Notes: a model not told the origin generated them from the sequence alone. Positions 19,035 through 28,539 are shown, numbered from the stretch's first letter. The stretch: 64,000 nt of DNA from Candidatus Latescibacterota bacterium (GCA_965203175.1 OZ241867.1:4992001-5056000), one strand, 5' to 3'. Numbers and translations: made by a program.

Positions 19035-20798
19035 TTACCGCCCCTTGCTCCACGCTCGCATGATCCGCGGTGCCCCGTACCACGCATGGCAGCCGAAACC
19101 CTTGGGCGGATCGACCGGATCGGGTATCAGCCCTTCTTCGCGGCAGGCAACCGTCAGTTCCTTACACGCCGCTATGAGGCCCAAAAATCCCAGATAGTGA
19201 GGCTGTCCCAGCAAGTGTGAAAACTCCAACTCATCTACCTTCTCGGCAAAAGCCGTTATCGCACCGTCAAGCACGTTGCAGGCGAGTTCAGCGCAGATCT
19301 CATCGATCGTTCCGATCAGCCTCTCCTCGTCTGCTCCAGTCACAACCGGCATGCCCAACCGCCAGCGCCCGTCTTCTACCTGGACTAAATAGCCTTCTTC
19401 GCTGTATTCCGCCAGTCTCGATCTCGCTCCCTCGTCCACGTCATCAAGCAAATCCTCCTCGTCCGCGTCGCCGAGCAAATCCTCCTCACTTATAGGTCCC
19501 TCGCACAAGCGGCCGACAAATCGATCTAGGTCTTCGAAGCGCAGAATCTTCCTATAATCGCCTCCGACCATAAGGCGAGATTCCGCTACATTACCCATGC
19601 CCATATCGTCCCCTTCCGTCATCATTCCGGCAAACCAGAGAGAAGGCTCCTTTTCGGCACCGCAATTGCCTACCAGATACCAAAAGTCCACCGGCCTGAG
19701 TGGATAGGTCAGAATGCGATGTTTGCCCCAATTGGGCAGTGATGACACTTGCCGCCCCAGACCACGCAAGACAATCCACTGCGGCAACGCGATCCAAGCT
19801 AGTTCCTCCCAAGTAAATCCCTGCCAGCCGCACAGCGAAGTATGGCCTAGAGCCTCTCTGAACTGCGGCAGGCGGCGCTTGAGGATAGCTATGCCCTTCC
19901 GTACAGAATGCACGCTCTCGAAGAGCGGCAAGCACTCTTGGCGCGCCATAAAAAGAAAGGCAGTCTGATAACGACCGGGGAAGGGCTCCTCCAGCATTTC
20001 TCCTTCCACTAAGCCCGGCACGATGTCTTGCACATAGGCCCTGTCGGCGTGCAACAGACGGGCCAGTTCCTCTACGCTTTTTGCACCCTTGCGGCAGAAG
20101 TAGAGCAAGCGCTTGGCCAGTAAGTTGTCCGTCTGCCGCAGCGGATGCAGTGGGTCGTGCTGGTTTGCGCACTCGCCTAGGACCTCGATGTCAAGCGTTT
20201 CAGGTATTTCCATTGGCATCGTCGTCTCGGGTGCCATGTTCTCCAACTCCTTTCTCAATCTTTTGCGCCCTTGGAAGAGTCGGGCCTTCACCGCCCCCAC
20301 CGAAAGCCCCATCTCCTCGGAGATCTCCATGATAGATTTGTCCTCTATGTGAAAGGCAGTGAAAATGCGGCGCGAAGACTCCGACAGATTCTGGGCCGCT
20401 TCTGCGATGGCTGCCCCTATTTCACTCGATAGCAACCGCTGCTCCGGCGTGCGTTCCCCCTCCTTGACCATCGCGTACCGGGCGAGCAACTGATCCCGGT
20501 GCTGCTGCTTATCGCACCGATCGAGTGCCAAGCGATACACCAGGGTGCGCAGCCAAGCGTGAAAAGCGGCCCCCGACTGCAACTCGCCAAGCCGACTCCA
20601 AGCGCGGACAAAGGTCTCCTGCAACAAATCCTGCGCCTCATCGATCTCGCCGCCGCTCAAGGCACAGGCATAGGGCCACAGCCGTGCCGAATGCCGCTCG
20701 AAAAGCCGCGCAAAGGCCCATTCGTGGCCTTCCTGTGCGGCGGCCACCAAATAGGCGTCATCTACTGTCTGGCCATGGATTAGCTGATATTCTCGCAT
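19035..20798 (-). CDS. ECF-type RNA polymerase sigma factor with a ~400-aa C-terminal extension
   Basis: Region 2 AQDLLQETFVRAW...FHAWL and region 4 SIMEISEEMGLSVGAVKARLFQGRKRL. The extension has a second HTH-like segment (SVEELARLLHADRAYVQD). Confidence 0.9.
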   Translation of the reverse strand: MREYQLIHGQTVDDAYLVAAAQEGHEWAFARLFERHSARLWPYACALSGGEIDEAQDLLQETFVRAWSRLGELQSGAAFHAWLRTLVYRLALDRCDKQQHRDQLLARYAMVKEGERTPEQRLLSSEIGAAIAEAAQNLSESSRRIFTAFHIEDKSIMEISEEMGLSVGAVKARLFQGRKRLRKELENMAPETTMPMEIPETLDIEVLGECANQHDPLHPLRQTDNLLAKRLLYFCRKGAKSVEELARLLHADRAYVQDIVPGLVEGEMLEEPFPGRYQTAFLFMARQECLPLFESVHSVRKGIAILKRRLPQFREALGHTSLCGWQGFTWEELAWIALPQWIVLRGLGRQVSSLPNWGKHRILTYPLRPVDFWYLVGNCGAEKEPSLWFAGMMTEGDDMGMGNVAESRLMVGGDYRKILRFEDLDRFVGRLCEGPISEEDLLGDADEEDLLDDVDEGARSRLAEYSEEGYLVQVEDGRWRLGMPVVTGADEERLIGTIDEICAELACNVLDGAITAFAEKVDELEFSHLLGQPHYLGFLGLIAACKELTVACREEGLIPDPVDPPKGFGCHAWYGAPRIMRAWSKGR

Positions 20799-20823
20799 CG
20801 CACTTTACGCCTTTCTGTCTCCT

Positions 20824-20852
20824 AAGACGGGGCAAAGGCGTTAGAGGTTATA
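20824..20852 (-). promoter_or_regulatory. Candidate autoregulatory ECF promoter
   Basis: Minus strand TATAAC-N17-CGTCTT, the AAC...CGT ECF signature, directly upstream of the sigma gene. Confidence 0.55.
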
Positions 20853-21043
20853 TTGGGCGAGAAAATAATGGCAACAACGGGGGGTTCACCTTGCGGTGAT
20901 GGGGGATTGATCTAACTGCAAGAAATTGTAACTACAATTTTAACAAATGCTTAGCACTTACACACTTATTCAGCGATCCCTGCGATAATCGGACTCAGAT
21001 TGGGCGGCGAATAGAGTTCACCTTGCCGTCGGCGCGGTGAATC

Positions 21044-22057
21044 TCACGGCGTCGGTGCCCCCGCCGGCAGCAGCCCTTCCGCCTTCAACTCCGCCCACAG
21101 AGCCGACGGAATCTCCACCTGCATCACGCGCGCGTTGTCCTCCAACTCGGCCACCGACGCCGCACCGGGCACCGCCGAAATCACCGCCTCGTGCCCAAAG
21201 GGAAATTGCAATGCCGCGGCCCGTAACTCAACGCCGTGCCGGTCGCAGACGGCCTTGAGCGCCTTGGCCTGTTGCACCAGATGCTCAGGCGCGGGCAGGT
21301 AATCAAAAGACACCGGCTGGTTCAAATCGCGGGCGAGGATGCCGCTGTTGTACGGCCCGCCCATGGTCAGCTTTACCCCGCGCTCTACGCACAGCGGCAA
21401 AAACTCGGGCAGCGCCGATTGGTCCAGCAGCGTGTAACGCCCGGCCAACAGGATGTAATCCAGATCAAAGCGCTCGACCATCCGTCCGGTGCGCTCCCAC
21501 TCGTTCATGCCCATGCCAATGGCCTTGACCGTGCCCTTTGCCCGCAATTCGACTGCGGCCTCTAGCGCTTCGATAAAGTCTTCGTCGGTATGCTGCCCTT
21601 TGAAATCGCTATCGTGGACAAAGAAAATATCCACCGCCGCCAACCCCAGCCGTTCCAAGCTCGAATCGAGCGAGGCCCGCAGGCCCGCAGCGCTGAAGTC
21701 AAAATCGTAGGTGTAGGGCGGAATCCCATCCTCGCTGTAAGGCTCCAAGTCGTCCGGATTTTCAGGCCGCAACACCCGCGATCCTTTGGTCGAGATAGCA
21801 AATGACTCGCGCGGAAACTCGCCCAGCACCCGCCCATAGCGCACCTCGCTGCGCCCATCGCCGTACATCGGCGCGGTATCAAAATAGCGCACGCCTATTT
21901 CATAGGCCCGGCGGATGATGGCCAATGCCTCGTCGTAGCCGCTCCCCTCAAAAATCCCATCGGCTAAGATCATCCCGCCCAACGGCGCGCCACCCAACCC
22001 CAGCCGCGTAACCTCCACGCCCGTATTGCCAATCGCTACTTTTTCAAAAGGGTCCAT
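21044..22057 (-). CDS. Aldo/keto reductase, D-threo-aldose (L-fucose) 1-dehydrogenase-like
   Basis: Start re-called at MDPFEKV (22057). Motifs LGLGGAPLG, FDTAPMYG, ISTK, SLERLG, LLAGRYTLLDQ and GGPYNSGIL. Confidence 0.85.
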   Translation of the reverse strand: MDPFEKVAIGNTGVEVTRLGLGGAPLGGMILADGIFEGSGYDEALAIIRRAYEIGVRYFDTAPMYGDGRSEVRYGRVLGEFPRESFAISTKGSRVLRPENPDDLEPYSEDGIPPYTYDFDFSAAGLRASLDSSLERLGLAAVDIFFVHDSDFKGQHTDEDFIEALEAAVELRAKGTVKAIGMGMNEWERTGRMVERFDLDYILLAGRYTLLDQSALPEFLPLCVERGVKLTMGGPYNSGILARDLNQPVSFDYLPAPEHLVQQAKALKAVCDRHGVELRAAALQFPFGHEAVISAVPGAASVAELEDNARVMQVEIPSALWAELKAEGLLPAGAPTP

Positions 22058-22059
22058 AC

Positions 22060-22956
22060 TCACTCCAGTCCATAGAGCCGCTCGGCATTGCCGGCGAACA
22101 ATTTGGCCTGCTCTTCCTCTGGGCGCCCGGAGACGATCTCCCGCAGCGCAGCCACCCATGCGCTCAAACTCGCCCCGAAGTTGCACACCGGCCAGTCGCC
22201 GCCAAACACCACCCGGTCCGGCCCAAAGCTGTCCAAACAGTGATTGACCGTCGGTGCCAGCGTGTCGGCGCTCCACCCTGCGGGTGCCCGGGCGATAATC
22301 CCAGATATTTTGCACACTGCGTGATCGCGCTCGGCCAAAGTCGCCATGTCGCGCTGCCACTGCTCTTTGGTATGGCTGAACGGGTTGGCCGGATCGTGCT
22401 CCGCCGCGCCGTTGACGATCTGCGGGTCGGCATTGCCGCAGTGATCGACGATGAAAAGCGTACCTGGACACTGATCCACCAGGCCGACCGCGTCTCCTAA
22501 CTCGCTCGGCCGCAGACACAGATCGAAGCTCATGCCGATCTCTCCTAGGTACTGCACGTCCCGGACGAAACGCTCCTGCAGACAATGGCCCGGCTCGGCG
22601 TCGGGCACGTGCAACACCTGCCGCACGCCCTTAATAGCATCCTCGTCCTTAAAGCGGTCGATATAAGCGCGGAAACCCTCCCCTCCCGGGCTGCCCCCGA
22701 TAACCGCCCCGGCCATTGGATTGTCATCGGCCCTGCACAAGCCAGCAACAAACTCCGCTTCCGCAATGTGCTGCGCAGCGGCGACATCCACTTCCATGTA
22801 AATGGTGCGGGCGATACCAGCCCCAGCACCCGCGACCAAGTAATCGCTCATCAAGTAATTTTTCCGCAGCGGGTCCATTCCCTCGCTCTCCAACCACGGC
22901 AGCGCGAACTGAGCCAAATCCCACATGTGTTGGTGCGTATCGACAATGGGTAGCAT
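22060..22956 (-). CDS. Amidohydrolase family lactonase (L-fuconolactonase/LigI-like)
   Basis: Motifs DTHQHMWD, KGVRQ, VDHCGN, CKISG and FGGDWPVC. Confidence 0.85.
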   Translation of the reverse strand: MLPIVDTHQHMWDLAQFALPWLESEGMDPLRKNYLMSDYLVAGAGAGIARTIYMEVDVAAAQHIAEAEFVAGLCRADDNPMAGAVIGGSPGGEGFRAYIDRFKDEDAIKGVRQVLHVPDAEPGHCLQERFVRDVQYLGEIGMSFDLCLRPSELGDAVGLVDQCPGTLFIVDHCGNADPQIVNGAAEHDPANPFSHTKEQWQRDMATLAERDHAVCKISGIIARAPAGWSADTLAPTVNHCLDSFGPDRVVFGGDWPVCNFGASLSAWVAALREIVSGRPEEEQAKLFAGNAERLYGLE

Positions 22957-22977
22957 GATCTTTCCTCTGTTTAGTGG

Positions 22978-24069
22978 TTAAATCTCAACTCGACACTCGT
23001 ACACTTGGGCATGGCCACTTTGATCCGACGCAAAGACCACGTAGCGCCCATCCGGCGAAAAATTCGGATGCGGATGCGTGTGCTGCGGCGCATAGACCTC
23101 GACCGGGCCGTCGTCGTACGGGCAGTGGTCAATATTCCAGTGTTTGCCCTCGTTGCTCGACTGCGACCGGCAGAGCAGTTGCGGCGCGCCGACCCCGTCG
23201 TTGGGATCGAACACCTGCAACCCGCTATCGGGAAACGTCGTATCCGCCACCATCCGCGCGCCATCCCGGCTGACCATCGGATGCCAAGCGTTGAACGAAC
23301 AGACCTGCCGCACGGCTCCAGTATCGACATCGACGCCGATGACCCCGTGCGGCCAGCGCGTCGTCAGCAGCTCTCGCTTGCGCGGGTGCCAGGTCTCGTG
23401 GACGATCCACTCGTTTCCCTCGCGCGCGTACGCCAGCCGATGGTCGCTTCCATCCCGATTTACCACCCACATCCGCTCGTAATACGGCCCGGCATAGCGC
23501 AACAGCGAACTGTCATTCGGATGAAACTCTGGATGGCCAATCGAATCTCGCTCCACGATCACCTCACTCGCACCGCTACAGGTGTTGATCACCACAAAGC
23601 GCGCCACATCGCCCATCTTCACCGGCACCGCCCACCACTGGTCGTCGTAACTAAGCGCCGTCGTCCCCATCGCCGCTGCAACCATGCCTTTTTCGCGCAT
23701 GGCCTCGGTGGCAAAAGAAGCCAATTGCTCTTCCTCACAGCTCTCGGTATCCACCCGCCAAGCCCCTTGCCCATCGGTGAAATAGACATAGCGGCCATCG
23801 TGCGATGGCGCGATCGAAAACTCGGCTAGTCCCTCGTGCTCGGTTAGCTGCAGCAACTGCCCAGAATCGCGCAATTCCAGAAAAAGTTCCGCGCGGCCCG
23901 TGCGGTACGAGACAAACACCAAATGCCGCATCGCGTCGTCGTACGCGGGAACATAATAGAACGGATGGTGGTGAATGGACGCGTGCGCGGTAATCTGGCG
24001 GACTTCAGCACCCGTCTGTGCGTCGCGCGAGGTCTGCGACTCGGGCGGATAAAGCGTGCCCCGTCCCAC
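22978..24069 (-). CDS. Oligogalacturonate lyase-like beta-propeller protein
   Basis: Motifs DAQTGAEVRQIT, HHHPFYY, GHPEFHP, VHETW and HTHPHPNFSPDG...FASD. Confidence 0.75.
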   Translation of the reverse strand: MGRGTLYPPESQTSRDAQTGAEVRQITAHASIHHHPFYYVPAYDDAMRHLVFVSYRTGRAELFLELRDSGQLLQLTEHEGLAEFSIAPSHDGRYVYFTDGQGAWRVDTESCEEEQLASFATEAMREKGMVAAAMGTTALSYDDQWWAVPVKMGDVARFVVINTCSGASEVIVERDSIGHPEFHPNDSSLLRYAGPYYERMWVVNRDGSDHRLAYAREGNEWIVHETWHPRKRELLTTRWPHGVIGVDVDTGAVRQVCSFNAWHPMVSRDGARMVADTTFPDSGLQVFDPNDGVGAPQLLCRSQSSNEGKHWNIDHCPYDDGPVEVYAPQHTHPHPNFSPDGRYVVFASDQSGHAQVYECRVEI

Positions 24070-24071
24070 GG

Positions 24072-25352
24072 TCAGGGCTGGGCGTAGTTGACCGACATCA
24101 TGCCCTCTACGTCCATTGGATCGATGCCGTATTGTTTGGTGAGGCGCTGGTGCTCCGGCGCGTCCGCGGCCGCCTCATCGCTCAGCGGCAGGGCTACCCG
24201 CTGCCCCTCGTTCTGCGCCGACAAATCGCAAGCCATATTCATCGCCAGCGACATCAACGCGTCTTCTTCGTCGAACTCGCTCAGCTGCACTCCCCGCACG
24301 GCGAGCGCAAAATCGGCAATGTGGCTCATGGCCGACGCGCCGTAGTCCTTGCGCAGATTCGAATACTCATTGGTGCGGAAGGGATTTTCGTATTCGATCC
24401 GGCCCATGCTGGTGTCGGCATAGCTCCGGGTCCAGCTACAGCCGTCGTCCTCGTCAGTGACGTCGATGATCTCGTCGGCAATCGAGCGGATTGTCTCCAC
24501 CCCGTGCTCAGGGTCGATCCCAGCGTCCGAACAGCGCCTAAGCTGCATCTTGGCGACCGTAAAGCCCCCCTTGCTTGCTCCCACTCCCGGGTCCTGCGCC
24601 CTGTAGAGCAGCGTCCCCCGCTCGCCCTGCCATTCGGTGTACCCAGGCCGCGGATGCCGCCCCAACCAACCTTTGCCATTGGCGAGCTGATCGGCAACCA
24701 TCTCGCCATCGGCAAAACCGAAGTAATGTGCCGTGAAGTGCTCGCCGGAGTGAAAGCGGTGCGGCATAGAGCGGAAGGACGGCGTCTCTATCGAATGCCC
24801 GATGGCCTGCGCCCACACAGGATGGCCAAAAAAGCGTATCCAGCGCGAGTTGTTGTGATACCCGGTGTGGTCAGCGTAGCTGAAGATGCGGCCAATGCGG
24901 CCGATAAACCCGCTGTCCTTTACCGTAAGGGCGAAGCGGTCGCAGGCAAAGCGGAAGAAATTTTCCGCCACGCGCACCACCACCCCCTGTTCGCGCGCCA
25001 CCCGGATCATCTCCCGCGCCTGGCTTATCAAGCTGCACCAAGAGGTCTCGCACATATTGTGCATACCGTGGCTCGACAGATAGACCGAATACGCGTAGTG
25101 CGACTGCACCGGCGTGACGACCAATGCCGCCTCGGCGATCCCGTCCTTAACTAACTCGCGGACGTTGTAATAAGCCCGTGCGCCGAGTGCTGCGGCCGCC
25201 CGGTCGCAATGCTCCTGGACTGGATCGACGCAAGCCACCACCTCGACCCAATCTTTAAGCGCCGGCAGCAAGGGCTGGTAAGTGGTGCTGGCGCGATTGC
25301 CCGTGCCGATCAGCGCGACTTGTACTGGATTATCTAACTTGGGAACTTCCAT
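24072..25352 (-). CDS. Gfo/Idh/MocA family oxidoreductase
   Basis: VALIGTGNR Rossmann motif, VVTPVQSH, a CET variant of EKP, and VAENFFR. Confidence 0.8.
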   Translation of the reverse strand: MEVPKLDNPVQVALIGTGNRASTTYQPLLPALKDWVEVVACVDPVQEHCDRAAAALGARAYYNVRELVKDGIAEAALVVTPVQSHYAYSVYLSSHGMHNMCETSWCSLISQAREMIRVAREQGVVVRVAENFFRFACDRFALTVKDSGFIGRIGRIFSYADHTGYHNNSRWIRFFGHPVWAQAIGHSIETPSFRSMPHRFHSGEHFTAHYFGFADGEMVADQLANGKGWLGRHPRPGYTEWQGERGTLLYRAQDPGVGASKGGFTVAKMQLRRCSDAGIDPEHGVETIRSIADEIIDVTDEDDGCSWTRSYADTSMGRIEYENPFRTNEYSNLRKDYGASAMSHIADFALAVRGVQLSEFDEEDALMSLAMNMACDLSAQNEGQRVALPLSDEAAADAPEHQRLTKQYGIDPMDVEGMMSVNYAQP

Positions 25353-25367
25353 GACAGACCTTTCCGT

Positions 25368-26327
25368 CTACTTGCGAACGCACTCGTAACCAAGCGCCTC
25401 CAACCCCTGCCGAATACTCGCGATCTCCGCCGGTGCCAAGTCCCGCAGGGGCCGCCGCATCTTCGGCGAGGGGAACTTGCCCAGCAGCCAGCGGGCGCAC
25501 TTCATGCGCTGATGCGCGCTCGACGATGGCTCGCCAAAAGCATAGACGATGCGGTTGAGCGGCTCGACCTTTTTCTGCACCTCCTTGGCTCCAGCCAAAT
25601 CCCCATCCAACGCCCGCTGCACCAACTCGACGATCAGCTCGGGCACAAAACCGGCAAAGCCGACTAGCGCCCCATCAGCCGCCTCCAGCAAGCTGGGCAA
25701 CAAAAACTCGTCGTGGCAGGTGATGATCGGCACGTCCGCGTTGACCTTTTTCAACTCTTGGTAGTCGTAGAGCCAACGGCTCATATCGCGGGTGCCCATC
25801 TTGATGCACTTGACTCGGGGAATCTGCACCAGCGCCTTCATCTCGTCGAGCGTATAGCCGGCCTTGGTCCACGCTGGATACTGATGCACCACAATGTCGA
25901 TCCCGGCCGAGGCCACATCCTCAAAAAAGCCCACCGCGGTCTGGCTCGACCGACCAAAGCGCAACCAGTGGTGCGGCGGCATCAACAAGATCGCATCGGC
26001 CCCGGCTTCCCTAGCCGCCAGCGCATGGTCGATGCCCTCCAAGCTGCCCTCGACCGACACGCCGGAGATCGTCTTCACCGCGCGCCCAGAAGCCTGGACC
26101 GTCTCGGCCACAATCTGCGTCACCCGATTGCGCTCGGCCGGGCGCAGCGACATGATCTCGCCAGTATGACCGTTGCAGGTCAAGCCATCGACGCCATCGA
26201 CCGCAGCTAATTCGGCGATATAGTCCCGCAGCCCTTCTTCATCAATCGACTCGTCGGCGTGGAAGGGGCACAGGGTCGCGGGAAACACACCCGCCCAGGG
26301 GTGATCCCGCCAACTAGTAGCAGACAT
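25368..26327 (-). CDS. DHDPS/NAL family aldolase or dehydratase
   Basis: Motifs GVFPATLCPF, NGHTGE, AGADAILLMPP and the Schiff-base lysine in CIKMG. Confidence 0.85.
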   Translation of the reverse strand: MSATSWRDHPWAGVFPATLCPFHADESIDEEGLRDYIAELAAVDGVDGLTCNGHTGEIMSLRPAERNRVTQIVAETVQASGRAVKTISGVSVEGSLEGIDHALAAREAGADAILLMPPHHWLRFGRSSQTAVGFFEDVASAGIDIVVHQYPAWTKAGYTLDEMKALVQIPRVKCIKMGTRDMSRWLYDYQELKKVNADVPIITCHDEFLLPSLLEAADGALVGFAGFVPELIVELVQRALDGDLAGAKEVQKKVEPLNRIVYAFGEPSSSAHQRMKCARWLLGKFPSPKMRRPLRDLAPAEIASIRQGLEALGYECVRK

Positions 26328-26456
26328 AGGGCCTTCCTTTGGCTATGTGAGGCCGGGAATTAAGGGAGGCGCGCTTGGCCCGTCAAGCGGCCTTGACACC
26401 GCCATTGCCCCATTCGACACTACTGCCCATCACTCCAAACCAAGGAAGGCCCACCC

Positions 26457-27710
26457 ATGACTGCCACTATCACCCACGTCGAACGCTTCACCCTGCAAGT
26501 GCCGTTTGTCGAGCGCGTCCGCCGCGACATGGAACGCGCCGGCATCCACACTTGGTCCGAGCTTGAAATCACCCGCGTCGAAACCGACGCCGGCGTTGTC
26601 GGCTGGGGCGAGACCATTCAGAACTATACTTGGGGCCGCGTCCAAACCCACGAGCGCGTCCTCGGCCAATCGCCCTTTGCCGTCATGTGGGACGACTCCT
26701 TGGGTGCCGGCCTGCAGATGGCCCTCTTCGACGCCGCGGGCAAACTAGCCGGCGTGCCGCTCTACAAGCTGTTGGGCACCAAGTGCCGCGACTGGTGCGC
26801 CATTTCGTTTTGGGACCACGACATGTCGCCGGAGCGATACGCCATTGAGGCGCAAACCGCGGTCGAACTCGGCTACACCTGTATAAAAATCAAGACCCGG
26901 CCGTGGTTCGACGTCCGCGAGACCATCCTCCAAATCAGTGCCGTCACCCCCGACCACTTCCGCATCGACGCCGACTGGAACGCCTTTTTGAACAACGCCT
27001 CCAACGCCATCCCCCTGCTGCGCGAGTTGGAGCAGACCTTCCCCAAGATCAAAATTTTCGAAGATCCCATCCCGCGCCACGACGCCTCCGGCAACCGCTT
27101 CCTGCGCACCCAGATCAGCACGGCTATCGCCCATCACTACGGCGTAATCCACCCCCGCGAGGCCATGGAGCTAGGCGGCGTCTGCGACGGCTGGATCTTG
27201 GGCGGCGGCGTCAACGGGATCACCAGCCAAGGCCACACATGCGAGGCGCTGCGCATGCCCTTCTTCCTGCAAATGGTCGGTGCCGGGCCAACCACCGCAC
27301 TTTCGCTGCACCTGAGCGCCGTGCTAGTCCAAGCCCAGTGGCCGACCATCACCTGTCACGAGTTGTACGAGCACAGCCTGCTCAAACAGCGAATCGAGGT
27401 CATCGGCGGCCACGCCCAGGTGCCCGAAGCGCCGGGCTTGGGCATTGAGATCGACGAAGAGGCGCTGGCAAAGTACCGCGTCGATCAAGCCGACCACAGC
27501 CTACCCAAACGGCTGGTCAAGGTAGCCCGCGCCGGCGGCATCAACATCTACTTTGCCAACTCCGGGCAGAAGTGGACTTTCTTCCAGGGCGGCAACCATC
27601 CTGTTGACGAATGGGGATCGAGCACCGAGCTACTCGACGACGACGGCAGCGCCGAATTCGCCGACCTCTACGCCCGCGCCGCCGAGTCGCCGGTACTGAC
27701 GACGGAATGA
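26457..27710 (+). CDS. Enolase superfamily (mandelate racemase/muconate lactonizing) enzyme, probable sugar-acid dehydratase
   Basis: Motifs TDAGVVGWGE, MALFDAAGKLAGVPLYKLLG, KIK, IDAD, FEDP and PEAPGLGIEIDE. Confidence 0.85.
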   Translation: MTATITHVERFTLQVPFVERVRRDMERAGIHTWSELEITRVETDAGVVGWGETIQNYTWGRVQTHERVLGQSPFAVMWDDSLGAGLQMALFDAAGKLAGVPLYKLLGTKCRDWCAISFWDHDMSPERYAIEAQTAVELGYTCIKIKTRPWFDVRETILQISAVTPDHFRIDADWNAFLNNASNAIPLLRELEQTFPKIKIFEDPIPRHDASGNRFLRTQISTAIAHHYGVIHPREAMELGGVCDGWILGGGVNGITSQGHTCEALRMPFFLQMVGAGPTTALSLHLSAVLVQAQWPTITCHELYEHSLLKQRIEVIGGHAQVPEAPGLGIEIDEEALAKYRVDQADHSLPKRLVKVARAGGINIYFANSGQKWTFFQGGNHPVDEWGSSTELLDDDGSAEFADLYARAAESPVLTTE

Positions 27711-27736
27711 GGCGGAGCTGAGCGGCTACGCGGTCG

Positions 27737-27769
27737 TCCACGGGCGCAAGATGCTCCTCGTCAAATAGG
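27737..27769 (+). repeat. 33-bp direct repeat, left copy (tail of a CTD gene)
   Basis: tccacgggcgcaagatgctcctcgtcaaatagg is identical to 28507-28539 and encodes HGRKMLLVK*. Confidence 0.95.
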
Positions 27770-27925
27770 AGGCGGTTTGGTAATGTCTGGGCACAGCGTG
27801 CATCTAATTGGCAATACGCTAGAAGAGGACTATTATAAAGTCTGCCGTGGTCACGGGTGTCCTCTTTGGCGTCGGGGCAGTCTGGGTCGGTGGCCCTGCT
27901 GAAGCGGCGTGCAGGGCAAATGCCA

Positions 27926-28213
27926 ATGGGACAACTTTTTGACGTGATTCGACAACTGATCGCCGAGGAGCGTTATATCATCGGCCAGCACGCCTCCGAG
28001 CGCTTGGAAGAGCGTGGTATCATGGAATGGCAGGTGGTTGCAGGAGTGGAGGACGGAGAATTGATCGCCGAGCGACCAGACGCGACGCCTAATCCGGCCG
28101 TCGAGATGCGCGAATCATTGCCCGACGGTATGGAGTACAAGGCCGTTTGGTCTCATCTGCGTCATGTTGGTGTCGCTAAGCTGGTAACTGTGCATTTTTT
28201 CGACGGAGGTTAA
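27926..28213 (+). CDS. DUF4258-like small protein, putative toxin
   Basis: YIIGQHASERLEERGI N-terminus and AKLVTVHF C-terminus, typical of DUF4258. The start is ATG 27920 or 27926. Confidence 0.7.
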   Translation: MGQLFDVIRQLIAEERYIIGQHASERLEERGIMEWQVVAGVEDGELIAERPDATPNPAVEMRESLPDGMEYKAVWSHLRHVGVAKLVTVHFFDGG

Positions 28214-28216
28214 GTC

Positions 28217-28444
28217 ATGCGTATTCCTGGACAGCGAATCAAGCGGACACGACTGATTCAGACCGATAAGTATGTCGTTGCGGTAGAGGTGGAAATGGTC
28301 ATCCCGGCCGATGATCCGAGCGAGCCATGCTATGAATCTGAAACTATTCAGTTCCTCCGGGAGATCGAAGCGCACGCCAAGCGGGAAGATGTGGCTTGGT
28401 TGACCAAAAAGGGTAAGGTCTATGCTGCCGTGGATGCGGCTTAA
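28217..28444 (+). CDS. Small hypothetical protein, putative antitoxin
   Basis: 75 aa, GGAGG RBS, 3 bp after the toxin-like gene. Confidence 0.65.
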   Translation: MRIPGQRIKRTRLIQTDKYVVAVEVEMVIPADDPSEPCYESETIQFLREIEAHAKREDVAWLTKKGKVYAAVDAA

Positions 28445-28463
28445 GAGATGGATCCTTGCACCC

Positions 28464-28539
28464 GCCAGCGGCGTATATGTGTATCAGTTGCAGGCCGGTC
28501 CGATCATCCACGGGCGCAAGATGCTCCTCGTCAAATAGG
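28464..28539 (+). pseudogene. Orphan 3' fragment of a T9SS/FlgD-like CTD gene, containing the right copy of the 33-bp repeat
   Basis: It translates to ASGVYVYQLQAGPIIHGRKMLLVK*, which aligns with the C-terminus of the 11654-14086 protein (ATGAYIYRLRAGEQVQVRKLLLLR*). Confidence 0.8.

Noticed and set aside
20884-21043. Repeated gttcaccttgc...ggtga motif near 20884 and 21016 around an AT-rich stretch
   Set aside because: The match is only 11 bp; it could be a small hairpin or chance, and I cannot support an element.
21044-22585. N-terminally extended ORF-track calls (21044-22585, 30715-31935, 40530-42194, 44136-45365, 46588-47382, 5799-6962)
   Set aside because: The extensions overlap neighbouring genes and are Arg/Pro-rich nonsense; starts were re-called at the domain boundary.
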